DNA of 64,000 bases from Lingula anatina (taxonomy: Eukaryota; Animalia; Brachiopoda): NCBI GenBank assembly GCA_051362555.1, contig CM120649.1:7440001-7504000 (forward strand), given 5' to 3'. Below, piece after piece: positions 51,018 to 64,000 of this stretch. A model generated the notes under the pieces. It ran no database searches, was not told the DNA's origin, and saw only the letters and a list, made by a program, of their open reading frames with translations. How positions within the stretch are numbered: position 1 is the stretch's first letter; every line of letters starts with the position of its first letter. The position numbers and the translations under genes were made by a program.

Positions 51018-51923
51018 GATACATACAGAGCTAATGAAACTCTTCTCTCATATAATTTAAGTTCCGTTAAAATTGACATATAAGTTATCACTACTGATGC
51101 ATAGTGGTTTGTAGTTCACGTGATAACAAGGCATCTTCACATTTCAGCACATTGCCGTCTTCTATAGCTGTATAGTTTACATTGCATAGAATACATCATT
51201 GCGTTCACAAAGTCGCGCAACTTAGGCGAATACAGAGGTTCAACTGAGGTACATAAAATCCTTAAACGTACAAATTGTTCGTGTTCTAGCTACAGAGTAA
51301 CTGTAAAACTTCCCCAGCAATCCGCCATTGGTGACGTCACATGGTCCTGACGTCATGTAATGCTAAAAAAGCGACTCCTCAGTTCTATCTGCATGTAGTG
51401 CACATCAACGATTAAGAACGAGAACAACAAACAGTGAACAGTTTACATGTATCTGCAACTCGACTTTTAGCACATGACGTCACTTTTCGTCCTCCTGTTT
51501 TCCACACAAAGAACACGGGTATACGTGTAGCATACTGAATTCAGACAACTGTTTGAAAGCACCGGTAAAATTGCCAAAATCAATGTTTTCACTTTTGACC
51601 TGTCAGGTTTGGCAGGCGGAATTAAATAAGATGCATTAAAGTGAAAATGCTTTTGCAGTGTCTTTGTCGTGGTTTTTTACGTGTAGTATTGGCCATGGAG
51701 TAGTATCAGCCTGTCTACTTGGCGGTAGCTGAGTATCGTCTCTGAAATTCTGACAACAGCGGTTCCAGTATCCCACATATCACAGTCATACGTCTGTACA
51801 CATAATCAGAGTACACAAAAAACTATACTGCTCAGTAAGCACAGTGCCAGGTCATTTGGCCTTGACCTTGACCAGACTTGACCTTAGCCTCGGTATCATT
51901 TTCATCTGACCTTGACCCGAACA

Positions 51924-52098
51924 CTACCAACACGTGTGCTCCGTCACTTTCTTGATGCACCTGTCACAGTCGACGTAGCAGCACCAGATATATTTACAGT
52001 TACATCTCTCCTCCACCATCTTGGACACCGACTTGAACCCGCGGCCGCAGCACATGGAGTCACACCCGGCACTTGTGGGACTTCCCTTTATACAGCGT
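51924..52098 (-). CDS. Wnt11: Wnt11 last coding exon (RCIKGSPTSAGCDSMCCGRG...ERCNCKYIWCCYVDCDRC...CW*)
   Basis: Wnt C-terminal cysteine pattern; AG acceptor at 52099-52100; phase 2 matches the preceding exon. Confidence 0.93.
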
Positions 52099-52341
52099 CT
52101 GAAATACAGACACACGTTCATTTAACACGGAGTCACAGTCAGCACATGTGGGTTTCCCCTTTATACAGCGTTTAAAATACAGATACGCGTTCATTTAACA
52201 TGACGGTCGTGGAAATATAGAAAATTAAGCGTTCTTGCAAACTTAACGTTATTACCATTGTCATATGATAATATTTGAGAGAATAGCAGCCTAAGAACAT
52301 CGTTACAGATGGAGCATGAGCACTTTATCGGAACAACCTAC

Positions 52342-52634
52342 CTGCCCTTGGTCCCGACAGATCCTGTAGATTTATCCGGGTTACAGTAATCCGGTGACGT
52401 GGTGTAGTAGATGAGGTCGTCCTGCCGGATTGAGCGTCTGTACCGATTTGTGGGCACCAGATGGCGTTTTTTCCCAACGCGTTCGTTTTTCACCTCCACT
52501 GCGACGCCATATTTTGTCATCAACATCTCTGCAATACTTTTGAACTTGGGCAGCGCACGCCAGCATGTCTTCACCGAACACGAGCCAGATACCCCGTGGC
52601 ACTTACACGTTGTACTTAAACTGTCCAGTACAAC
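52342..52634 (-). CDS. Wnt11: Wnt11 exon (VVLDSLSTTCKCHGVSGSCSVKTCW...SPDYC...GTKG)
   Basis: CKCHGVSGSC Wnt signature with the palmitoleoylated Ser; AG at 52635-36, GT at 52340-41; 293 nt. Confidence 0.95.
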
Positions 52635-53718
52635 CTAGAATAAAGACATATATTATGTTATATTAGAATATCCAAGGGGATGGGCGCAAAGCAAGAATAT
52701 AGTCATGTATAATGCTATAGTATTGGAATATCAAAGAGACGGGGACAAAGCAAGAATAAAGCCATGTATAATGTTATATGTTTGCAGACCCAAGGGGGGG
52801 GGGACTAGAAAAACTGTTAAAGAATCGTAAGATCCAGGGGGAGGGGGCTACAGCAGCCATTTGTTCCTCCCTTAGTTTCTGATCCCCTCTTCCTTCCACG
52901 AAAAGTATAACAATCAAAACAAAATTTTCGCTCCTGTTCCTTTTATATTATATACTAAAATTATCTTAGACCATCATTTCTAATATTAACATAGCGAAAC
53001 GAGACAAATGTTTATCTTTGTTCATCCGCAAGCTAACGTATATGTAGGATATCTGCCAGTGTTATAACACAAAAATATTCCATGTTGCTAATGAAGTGGA
53101 TAATCCATAATTCTGAGGTGCCAAATGAACATGGAGGCTTGGCAGTGATGTCAGAAATAAGTACCAATCAGTCAGTCAAAAGTCGTATTGTTGAAGTAAG
53201 TTACACCAGAAAAGAGGACAGTGGCCCTGTCGTACTAGCAGAGCTCTGAATAGCTGTAAGTGCACTGGGTGACCTCACTCTTGTGCACCCATTGCACCCG
53301 AAATGTTTACATGTACTCCAAGTGAACCATATCGACACATCTACGTTCTTGATGCTGGCGACAGTGAAAGGTTCAATCTTCAACCCACAACACAATCAGC
53401 AGCGCCTATCACATCATTTGACACAGAGAATCACGTGCGTGGTGTACTAAACACCTACCAAGACCTATAGGCCTATGGTATGACGGTGACAGGCACGTCT
53501 TCGTTACTTCCGTAAATATGTTATTGAGGCAACACTAACGTGATAAAGCACGATATCTCATCTTTGTTTAAAATTGTTCGCTGAACAGTGTGAACATGTT
53601 ATTGATCGCTTCAACGCACTTTACAAATAAACTTATGTTTCTACACAACCTAACGCATTGTCACATCGGGCGCAATGTTGATTTCTACACATCTTCTCTA
53701 ACGCAATAAATCCCTCAC

Positions 53719-54002
53719 CTTTCTTCCAGAGGCATTGTTATGCCTGTTCATCGTTGCCTTCTTAGAATTCCTGGCTCGCCTCCTTGCTGTCAGCCAAGGA
53801 GCATCGGAGAACGTCTCAGAAAAGCCTATACCATACCGGACATTGTCACTACATCCGCCCCATTTGAAAGTGGGTGGCGCTGGGGTCGTGGGAAGAGCCC
53901 CGCAGTTACACTGGCTCAGAGCACCTGTGGCGCATGACCGAGATACCACGTGGGCCACTGCAGCAGACGACAGCGCGTGCACATACGCCTGCTCTCTGGT
54001 AC
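53719..54002 (-). CDS. Wnt11: Wnt11 exon (GTREQAYVHALSSAA...WGGCSDN...FSDAP...HNNASGRK)
   Basis: AG at 54003-04, GT at 53717-18; FSDAP motif as in vertebrate WNT11; 284 nt, phases consistent. Confidence 0.95.
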
Positions 54003-54818
54003 CTGAAATTTATTTCAACCATTTATTACTTAACTATATCTCAGTCAGAATCAGATTTCGATTCAGCATGTCACTAAAACAAGTATGCCCCCCCCCCTCC
54101 ATCCCTAGATAGGCCTAACCCACAGAGTAAAATTGGCCTACTGGAAAAAATGTTAGACATTCTACGGCACAACTGCCCCAAACCAAAGTCTTTTCTCTGG
54201 TAGGAGATGAATACACCACCTTGGTTTGGGAATGGGTGGACCCCCTTCTCGATGAGAAGAGGCAAACTATTGGCAATTGATTTATATTTTACTTTATAAT
54301 GTGATTTAAAAAATACACCACATGAATAAAACCAGGCATATAGGCCCAAGCATTGCGATGTCGACTGTGTAATTTGATCTTAAAACATTTTCGTTTGATG
54401 ACCAAGTTTAAAGAAATTGATATCTCGCGCCAAACGTTGGCAATTGTGCGTCTTTATGTCACCGTGGCGAGGCTTTATTGTAAGTGATACGCTTTAGCCG
54501 GGAGAACAGCAATCATTGTGGAATTAGCTGTGCTACCAACGGTAAAATGGACCGAAGCCACAAAGACCAACTGGTGACTTCACAAAGGAGGATAGGTCTA
54601 CATAAAGAACAGGTGGGGTTATTACGGGAAATTAAAGTAGCTGTTAATCATTTCAATAAATAGTTTGCAAATTTGCCTCTGGTAAAACTTGTATAGTCTT
54701 TCAAGATCTGTGAAATATATAGTAAAATACTAAAGATTAAACAACGACCAAGTTAGGTGATGACACCAAGTACGTGCTTTATTACCCTAATGCGTTCCCG
54801 TTCTGTTGAAGGACTCAC

Positions 54819-55057
54819 CTGAGGTCAGATCTTTGTTAAACCGGGGTGCCAGTAGAACTGAGGAGCAGTTCCAGCGTCTCTCCTTAAACCGGTCCTTACA
54901 CGAGTACACTGCCTGAGTCGCTGCACTGACTAACAGTGGCATCAGCTCCAAGTTGTTACGACATAGCGCTACCTGTTGTGACGTCATACCACGAGATTTC
55001 ATTTGCGAGCATAGTTTCGTGTTATTCCACGCCGTGGCATTCAGTTTGACCAGGCCG
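54819..55057 (-). CDS. Wnt11: Wnt11 exon (GLVKLNATAWNNTKLC...LCRNNLELM...RWNCSSVLLAPRFNKDLTSG)
   Basis: LCRxNLELM and RWNCSSxxLAP recall WNT11; AG at 55058-59, GT at 54817-18; upstream signal-peptide exon not found. Confidence 0.92.
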
Positions 55058-56137
55058 CTGAAAATTTAAGACAAAATTTTAATCGAAATACAAAAAAAAA
55101 AAAAGTGAGGAAGACATGGCGACGTTGTGACATTGAGATCGAGATGTTAAGTGTGAATTACAGCTGAAAGAAAAAGATTTGTGTGAAAGGTTACTTTGTG
55201 AATGTGTCTATGACAAGTCTGCGACATTCACAAGTCATCCCCAAAACTTATTCTACAACATACATGTAACCTTTAGTCAACCAAGTGCCTGCTCTTCAGC
55301 TACCTTAGGCCTAATTCACTCTTGTAGCAGCAGGTGCACAGGTTAGGTAAAATCCAAAACAAAGTTACAACATCAACGATTTTATATCAATACCATAAAT
55401 AATATCAACTCTGGGGCAACCGTCTTGCAAACCACAAGGTTCTTAGAACTGATGAAGTTAATTTCATGTTGCCTTTAATCAATCCACAAGACCGGGCCGT
55501 TTTCTCCCATACTGCGAGCACGCGGCATGTCGGCTTCACCTCGCAGACCACCGGGACTTACACGGAGCAATTCGTTATTGGCCAAACTTTAGGCGAGGAC
55601 AACACATGTTTTGGGAATTGAACGCCGTCTGTTCGGGTTGTGTGGGCACGTGGTTCGAGCACGCGGTATACACATCACGACAGTGTCTGTATCAGCGGTG
55701 TGTGTAGTTTGCACGGGGAGCAAATTAGTATAAACAGTTTACGCAAGACATGCGCTCTATGCGGCAATGTGATCACAGGGGAACACCTCACCACATTTCT
55801 GCATATCTCGTGAAAAAGGTGAAGTAACACTCTAGCGTCTAGTTCGGCCAGAACCCTGTATACTGCAGGAGCAAAACTGGACGCAGAAGATCAAAAGCGT
55901 GACGCCGCGACCTTACAAAATTGCTCGCAAATTGAAGAGTAGCTAGCGCCTGATTCGTAGCCGACCAGCGCTGATTGGTTTTGATGTTTGGTTTCGGATC
56001 AAAAGGCAGCTATTCGCTGTGCAGGAGAAGCCTCTTAAACATTAGTCTCTGTAGCTAAAAAAGTAAAAAGCTCATTAGCTCTCCCCTGTAAACACTGCAC
56101 CCGTGGGTCGGGCACGAATCCCGCCTGTACATCGACG

Positions 56138-56310
56138 GCTAGCGGTGACAGTGGGTGAGGACTGTGACAGCTAGCAATGACATTGGGTGACTCAGGGTGA
56201 CCGAGACTGCTAGCAAGAACACTGGGTGACAGTGACTGTGACTGCTAGCGGTGACATTGGGTGACAGTGACTGCGGGCCGTGACAGCTTGCGGTGACATG
56301 GGGTGAGGGT
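56138..56310. repeat. Degenerate tandem repeat (ctagc...gtgaca...gggtga), probably intronic to Wnt11
   Basis: Recurrent gctagc/gggtgac motifs at ~30-40-nt spacing. Confidence 0.6.
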
Positions 56311-58168
56311 GATAATACGGTGTGTTCTGTTGTTTATAGCAGTTGTTGGACTAGAAGTGTCGGTCGTGGGTGTGGCAAAGGTCTGTTTGATTTAACCTTA
56401 CGGACAGCAAGAGGCAAAAATGTATAGAAAAAAGTGAAGGCAAAGGGACGAATTAATTTTGTAGAAATATTGCGTGTTTTCATTTGAGAGAAAAGTTTCA
56501 GTGGATCTTTGGACAGCTGTACTGAAAAAAAAATTGTTAAGATCTTTACTTTTTTGTATCCTGCTGATGGTTTTGCCTAGACGAATACTGGACGAAGCCA
56601 GCCATCAGCAGGATACCAAAAAAAGTAAAAATCTCGACAATGAGTATTTTTTCAGTGAAAAACTGACATGCATCGTCCACCGTAAAATTGCAAGGTCGTT
56701 CCTCCTGTTCGGTGTATATGTACAAAATTGTATGAAAACGCAGTTAGGATGAAGTGATCATCAGAAATGACAAGTGAACTTGGTAGTGTGCATTGACGCA
56801 GAGTATAAAGTTTGGCATTGTGCAGTGATGTTGACTATATAGCGGATTTATGAAGAAGCTCGCGACAACCCTCATCACTCTGCTTTGAAACAGTTTTATA
56901 TATCACAAGTTTGGGTTTCCAATTTAACAGGTTATTTAACATGAAAGTAGTTTCATAACCTCAAACAGCATGATCATAAAGTGATGAAATATTTCTTAAC
57001 AAACAAAGACGATAATACCTTAGTCAGTAAAATACCGCTGATAGATGACAAAAAAACGTGGAGATATTTGAACAAAATACAGGAGAGAAAATGTGTTATC
57101 TGAGACTTGTGGTGACATTAGCTGCGAGACCAGTCAGCCTCTCTACAAGGCAAGCCTCGTGTGTGGGCATGGTGCTGTCACAGTAGTTTAGGGTCGGGGG
57201 GGGGGATAAGGGGGGGAATCACCATCTAGGATTTGAGGAAGCATACCTTCGACCAATAACGATGTTCCCACCCTCTGTCTCCCTTTACCGCCCTCCCGCC
57301 CAATATCCCGCCTTCTATTCCGCCCTCTGGCTCTCCCTCCCATCCCCCATCTCGCCCGCCCTCCGCCCCCTCCGCTCTCTATTCCGCCCTCCGCCTTCCA
57401 CTTCGTCTACCCCCTTCCAGTCGATGTGCAAACCTACTGCTCACCTTTCCTTCGTACTTATAATCGGCCGCGTGGAGCACTAGCCCTCTGAGCCCTAATC
57501 TTTCACCAGGAAGACAAAGCACCCAATTTTTTGACACGCTAATTAGACCAGTAAATATCACAGGCGAAAATATGTGGTTTACCAGAAAGACGCGCTGACT
57601 GACAGCAACTGTCGTCATAGAGCAAGGATTTCAACAGAACTACACATTAGGGCGTCTGCACGCATGCATGTGCACGAGACACGCGCCTTGAATTAGGAAA
57701 GGGACAAGACAAAGCAGTTCTGCAAATAAGACGGTTTCAGTTGAACTACTGAGCCTTCGCTATTCATGGCTGACAGTTCGTTTAGTCATCTTTTATGCTT
57801 CGGTCCCAATAGGGAAACTGAAGGCGTTTTCACATTTTGAATCTAAATGAATCCTTGTAGGTGAAGCCAAATGTTGATAATAGAAATTGACAGATAAAAA
57901 AAATATTTGATATATATCCCCCATATCTGATGGCATACATGTTTCTCCCAGACGGGGGCATCACCGCCTTCATCTTCTTGCGGCGGGAAAGAAAACCTTC
58001 GAAATCACCTGAACTGCAATCAGCCACAGGTCAAAGCAGGTCTATGTGAGTTTTGCGTGTATCTCTTTTGCCTTTATCTTAATTATCTTGTTATTTTGTT
58101 TTGTTTCTAAATTTTTGGTCCTCTCCATTGCCGCACAGCATACACTTTTACCCCTTTCTCTTTTTCTT

Positions 58169-58171
<3 letters not shown>

Positions 58172-58215
<44 letters not shown>
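58172..58215. repeat. (TC)n microsatellite; another at ~61237-61266
   Basis: Seen directly. Confidence 0.95.
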
Positions 58216-58218
<3 letters not shown>

Positions 58219-60229
58219 AACAGACAAAATTTTGACATAACATTTCTCTCCTGTAGATAAATAAACAGTCACCATTACGTCATCCAAAAACGCGGCAAAA
58301 AGCATAATCGTGTTAGAGAACGAAGGCGGTGGTTATTTTCGCGATCGGTTACACGATAAGAACAACACTCCTTACTTTGAGTAACATTTCTGGTCTCTGT
58401 AAACGGAATAAATGGTGATGTGTTTTCTACATTCCTCCTGAGATATTCATCTAAGATAACAAACTGTAAGGTATGTAAAACTCGGAATGTAAAGATCATA
58501 CATCCCTCATCAGTTACAGAGTGATTTTGTATTTTTTTTTCTAACATTGGATTCGTTTGTTTTCTAATAGGGCCCTGTGCCAATGCTTTTCACAGTGTAC
58601 TTGAACATGGATAGCGTAAGACAGGTTCAAGAAGGTCCGCCCCTATCACGACCAATATGGCGACCTGCCTGCCCTCTCTCTGATGATATCAGACATGTAG
58701 AAAAGCACATAAATCTTCCAAATGTTCCTAACATGACTGCAATAACGCACATATACAAGTTAAGGAAGAACTCACGTCTATGCCTACGCCAGGGTGACGG
58801 AGGGTGATGGGAAACATATTAAACCGTTGGCCACGGCGTTCTTCATATCAAGGTACTTCCAACCTACTTAATACCATTAACTTCCCTTGACTTTTTCTAC
58901 ATCACCCGTAAACGCTGCGTTCTTGAGACGCCCATAAAAATGCCAAGCGATGCAGTAGGTTTTTTAGGTTCATTGAAATCTGGCTCAGATATTGCAATTC
59001 CTCGCCCATGAAAGTTCTACAGCAAAAACACAAAATAAAACACATTTTAAAATGTCATAGAAAACAACACCTTTTAAAAAGTGAGGATGTGTGTGTGTGT
59101 TTTTTGATTGTTTGTTTTTTTGTTGCTTTTTTTTGGGGGGGGGGGGGCAATGCCTTTTCTTGATGCGACGGATTCGGCAGTGGCATTAGATCGTTTGAAA
59201 TATAATACTACGATTACATTTAGTGTTTCATATTTCATCTCAAAATTAACCTTCTCTAAATAGTGTTCTGCACTTATAAATTATATTAATGCTTCTACAT
59301 GAGGTTGTTATTATGTTGATTTGATTTGGCTTCGCTGCCTCACATCTTCCATATAGTTTTCTTCCTCTTCTGTCCTTTAAAATTTAATTTTAATTTCATT
59401 TTATGTCAACTCGTCTTTCTCGCAAACGCTCACACAGAATGTTGCGTCGTTTTCACGCACGCATTCACAATTGTTATATTAGCATTATCACTACGATCTG
59501 TATAATGTGTGGAGTCCCTATATCCCCTATCTAACCCCACCCCACTGTGGAGATTTTGAGACTGCGTTCCGCATGCCCTGCGTCGACCTTATTAATTCCT
59601 CGTCGTGTCTTTATGAAGGTTTCGTTCGGGGGCGTCCTAATGGAAAAGGCATTTGTTCCACTAACAGAAAAGGCCCTGGTATTTCACTGCCAGCTATACG
59701 GAATTCAGATGAAAAGTGCTTATGAAAATGTCTCAAAATGGCCAAAGAGCAGAACGAGCCGATCAAATTCAGGAATGAAAAGATTAAAGAGACGCTGTCA
59801 TAAGTAACGGGTGAGTGCGCGTTCCTCGCTGACTTTGTAGTTGTGGGCAATTTACTCGGCCGAGAAATCATTCCGTATTCTTCACACACTGCTGCGAAAC
59901 ACGACACGAACTACTTTGTTCTTTTTGACTTCACTGACATATCACTTCACACGTCTAAGAAACTGAACAAAGTTTGGAGCTGCATGCCTAAGGATACATA
60001 AACAGTATCGACAGATATTAAGAAGAGAAAAAATAACACACTAATTTATCCAGTATTCAGGAGGCTACAGAACTGTAATATGTGCAAGTTTTTCATTTAC
60101 GTTATTTTTAACTGGTAAGGGGGTAAGCCTACCCTCTACCAGGGCGAGTGATAGATTTTTTACAGATATTCACAGATATGTCTCTAGCTAGATAGATGGT
60201 CATTTAGGGCTCAACTCAACTCGCCCTGG

Positions 60230-60450
60230 TAGAGGGTAGGGTAAGCCAGACATTTTATTACAATAAGGTGGGTGAGGGGGATACGCCAGAGATTTTATTA
60301 CAAAGGGGTGGATGAGGGGGGGTACGCCAGAGATTTTATTACAAAGGGGCGGGTGAGAGGGGTACGACAGACATTTATTACAACTGGCAGGTGAGGTGGG
60401 TAAAGCCAGACATTTAAATTTTATTGTAAAAGGGTGGTTGAGGTGGGAGA
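60230..60450. repeat. ~40-bp minisatellite (gccaga.attttattacaa...gggtgaggggg), ~5 copies
   Basis: Seen directly. Confidence 0.8.
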
Positions 60451-61235
60451 GCCAATCATTTAAGTAAAAAGGGTAGGTGTAATGGTTGTGACAACTTGGA
60501 GATGAAGAGGGTTTGTGATTATATGACAACTGACTCAATATTTGGATAAACGCTGATGAAGCGCACACGCAGACGACCCCTTGCATGCTAACTGCAGCGT
60601 GCACCCATGTTCTAAGATATTTAAAGGTTATTAGACTCTGAGTAAGATTCGACACGACGCCTGACACCAAGGGTGGGACCATGTTTGTTTGTGTCCCGCG
60701 TTCCTGGAGTTCCCAGTGGAGACACTGTGACAGCATGGTTAGATAAACGACTTGTTTACTTGACCGCAACCTGGCTGCGCATTTAATTAAAGATGATCTC
60801 GCTTTAACTCTTCTTATAACTAAAAAATACAAACTGCTATTATTATAGTTATTAGTAGTAGTACTATAATAATAATTATAATAATTATTATTATGATCGT
60901 TGTTCTTGTTGTTTTTGTTGTTCCTTAAAAGGAAAAACACGACGTCTGAGCGTATTATTATTATTTCGAAAACGCGTCCCGCGTATCCCCGTGCTCTGTG
61001 GCCCAGTGCTCACCCAACTCCGCCCTAATCAGCAGTCATCTCTCCACTCTGAGTGTAATCTCGCTCTCTCCTCCCTTTTGGAATTTGGTGGGGATCAAGT
61101 CGGCAGAAAATTTATCATTTATAAGAAGGCAGTTGTCACACGGCGTCTTGACCCTTTGTAAACACTGCAGATAGCGACCGCTTTTGATACGACACGTTCT
61201 ACAGCGTTAATTACATGCTATTCTGGCTATTACAT

Positions 61236-61271
<36 letters not shown>

Positions 61272-61515
61272 GTTCCATTGTAAATTGTGTATTTTCAATA
61301 AATTGCAGAATGTTTGAGCTAAAAACCCTGCACCGCGAAGGCTAATTCCTACTGTAATTGTTGATACATATTAGACCCTGATGTAAAGAGTACTCTTGAA
61401 ATACCGAGGCTTTTCATAACTGATACTAACATATGGACTCGGTCCGTCCAGCGGTCAAGCCATTTGTCCATTAAACAAGCATTACTATTTTGTCCACAGT
61501 GCCCAAGATATGACC

Positions 61516-61694
61516 CAGACCCGTAGCCTTCAGCAATTTCAAGGGGGGGGACTTTTTCTGAAAAAGTGGACCTTTTACCATGAAACCCTCGAGTACATTT
61601 GTACTTAGATAAAACTCTACCCAGAGTGGACCTTTTCCAAGCAAAAGGGTTGTTTGTTTGAACGTCCGCACCCCCTTCCCTGGCTACGGGTCAG
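61516..61694. mobile_element. Probable ~180-bp MITE
   Basis: Inverted ends gacccgtagcc / ggctacgggtc; target duplication unclear. Confidence 0.5.
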
Positions 61695-62448
61695 ACCCGT
61701 CGTTTCTATTGGTGCAATAGACCATCCATGAGGGGCAGTACAGGACTAGGGTTCCTGGAAACAGCGCTATGTGCCCCGTGTCTACAGCGGGAAGTGTTGA
61801 TATAGATGTGGTGCTAGTCACCCGTCTCTCCCTGCCAACGCATCGCAGCGCTATCTAGATATTTCTTGCTTTCAGCTATGACTAAACCGCAAAATCTATT
61901 AACTATATATAATTTTCCTTTAGATCAGAGTTTTTACTTTAGATTCAAGAAAAACTAAATGCGAACTCATTGCAGGAAACACTAAATTAAATGATCTCTT
62001 TTTTTAACTATAGTTTAGACAAAAAATCCTCCCCTGCAGACTGTTTAAATGATGTCGTCCCATAAAGAGGCTAGAGATCTACATATACGGGGCATACGGT
62101 CCAGTCCTTGGCGTTTGGAGGACAGGGGGATACAGACAGTGAACAGTCGGTATCTTGGGCCCTTTTTCCCTCCATCTTTGCTAAAACTTTAATTATATAT
62201 ATCCTTGGGCTTGGAAATAATTTACCATACATAATTATCATATATTTTACTGTCAGGATTTTTAATTCGTCCTTTGAGTAATAATTAAAATACAAATGCT
62301 ACTAAAATGACATTTTCAACTTACAACTGTGTGACTCTGGTGTGCTTTAAAACCGAAAGTAAAATTTAGTTCAGTTGATTATTATAGCTTGTGTATCAGT
62401 TTTATGCTTAAGTAATGTCCCCTGTCTCCCTGGTGGTCACTGTGCAAA

Positions 62449-62588
62449 ACCTGGTGGTAACCGTTTAGAACCTGATGGTCACCGTCCAGAACCTGGTGGC
62501 CACCGTCCAGAACCTGATGGTCAACGTCCAGAACCTGGTGGCCACCGTCCAGAGCCTGATGGTCAACGTCCAGAACCTGGTGGCCACT
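62449..62588. repeat. 21-bp minisatellite (cctg(g/a)tgg(c/t)ca(c/a)cgtccagaa), ~6.5 copies
   Basis: Seen directly. Confidence 0.9.
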
Positions 62589-64000
62589 ATTACTAACTGA
62601 CATCTGGACCATAAAAACGTTTCTGCAAGTTGCTCCCTGTAGGTTTGAGCTGTGAATGTTTGAACTGTTGTTACAAACCACTTGACCACGTGGAGGAGTG
62701 TTAATGGGCCGCGCCATATGGCTGGACGCTACTGTTGCACTTCTACCGGTGGTTGCGGTGTGCTGTGTATAAACACTGACATGTGTAGATGAGATTTTTT
62801 TTATATTCTGTATGCAACAGTGTGCATACGTTTTATATTCTGTATACAACAGTGTGTGTACATGTGATTTTGTGTACTGTATAAAACAATGTGTGCACAG
62901 ATTTTTTTTTTACATTCTGTACACAACAAAATGTATACATGATATTTTTACATACTGTCTCTCTCTCTCTTTCTCTCTCTCTCTTTCTCACGCGCGCGCG
63001 CACACACACACACAACGGTATGCACCTGAGCACAGGCGTTCCATGTACAGGTATCATATGAAGAATGTACGGCTGCAAAAGTCCGGCAATACTTGTCAGC
63101 TACTTTTAAAATATTTATTCCCTTATCTAACCTGGCTAATGAGCACAAAACTCTGGAAAGCATGTTCATTTTAGTTTACAGTATAACAGTTCTCTTGCTA
63201 CTTTTGAACACTATCTACTGCCGACAGCATTTATCCAGACAAAAGGCGAACAATTTTGATGTACGAAAAACTTTGTTACGATAACGTGATAATGATTCCG
63301 GGAAAGAAGTAATTGTTTTTATATTATTATAAACATAAAAATTCGTTGCAAATGACAAAGTAGGGAAAGTTGGTGACATGTTGGAGCAGATTGGTGAAAT
63401 ACACAACTCTATGGAGTAATCACGAGGTGCGTGAGACGTCATTGAAACCGGCTAAAGAGATAACCAGACACAATATGCAGTATGCATCAATTCCTGTCCA
63501 TTTTTTTTTTTAATTTAAATCTTCACGATCGAAAAAAGTTTTTGGAAAAATAGCAGACGACGAACACATGTTGCCTCTGACAATAACATGGAGGATGCCT
63601 TCGTTTAGATGTCTGCTCAGATGCTGTACAAGCTAGAAGATATTCTACCCAGGAGACCTGCAGCGGTTTCTGGTGTCAAGCAGGGAAATGATCTTTTTTA
63701 TTGCGTATCACCCGGTTAGAAATATAATCTCGCCCCGGCACTGCGGGGTCGGCAGTTTGGTCAAGGATGAACAGATTTCAGCAAAGATTGCGTCTCTCGT
63801 CTTTTCTCCACGGCACCCCATTAAGGGGGATCAATGCCCCGAGCTTTGTGCCCGGCTGTTATTATGTTTGTTAAGAAAGAAACAGGAGTTTTTTCTAAGC
63901 TTGTTTTTACACGCGTCAGCGCCTGTGAGGTGGTAAACGAACGATACTTGAGACGCTGCTTTACAACTACATGTTTAATACTTAACCCAAGTTAAAACTG

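Noticed and set aside
60200-60940. Longest ORF in the window (246 aa)
   Set aside because: GTG start; built from AAT-type microsatellite and a ~40-bp minisatellite; no recognisable domain
62375-62596. ORF resembling a signal peptide plus PEP(G/D)G(H/Q)R repeats
   Set aside because: TTG start, and the 21-bp repeat is open in several frames on both strands; no promoter or splice evidence
55060-64000. Candidate first (signal-peptide) exon of Wnt11
   Set aside because: No - strand ATG plus hydrophobic stretch ending in a phase-2 GT donor (expected ...W-L junction) was found by eye; it probably lies beyond 64000 or was missed

Overview
AT-rich animal genomic DNA, probably an invertebrate/lophotrochozoan (inferred from microsatellites, MITEs, a decayed LINE and a spliced Wnt gene). 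(1) 0.4-46.7 kb: a + strand tandem array of small intronless genes from a family I cannot assign. There are 9 intact ORFs of 66-84 aa (ATGs at 5204, 6616, 10248/10266, 11416, 12897, 14147, 27021, 36900, 46518), at least 4 pseudogenes/remnants, and 3 older, possibly related units at 0.4-3.4 kb. Shared signature: H-x3-4-C-x17-22-C-x-C-x7-T-x2-N-x5-6-[YF]-stop (one copy is truncated after the T), with no signal peptide. Five copies start MGxxxS (N-myristoylation consensus). Each intact gene has its own TATA box and several have kappaB-like decamers. The youngest paralog pair differs at 20/72 residues with only 2 silent-only codon changes. I infer a fast-evolving, probably metal-binding, partly membrane-anchored microprotein family under birth-and-death evolution, possibly immune/stress related. 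(2) 51.9-55.1 kb: four coding exons of a Wnt11 gene on the - strand, convergent with the array; its signal-peptide exon was not located. All alignments and counts were done by eye and no database search was possible.
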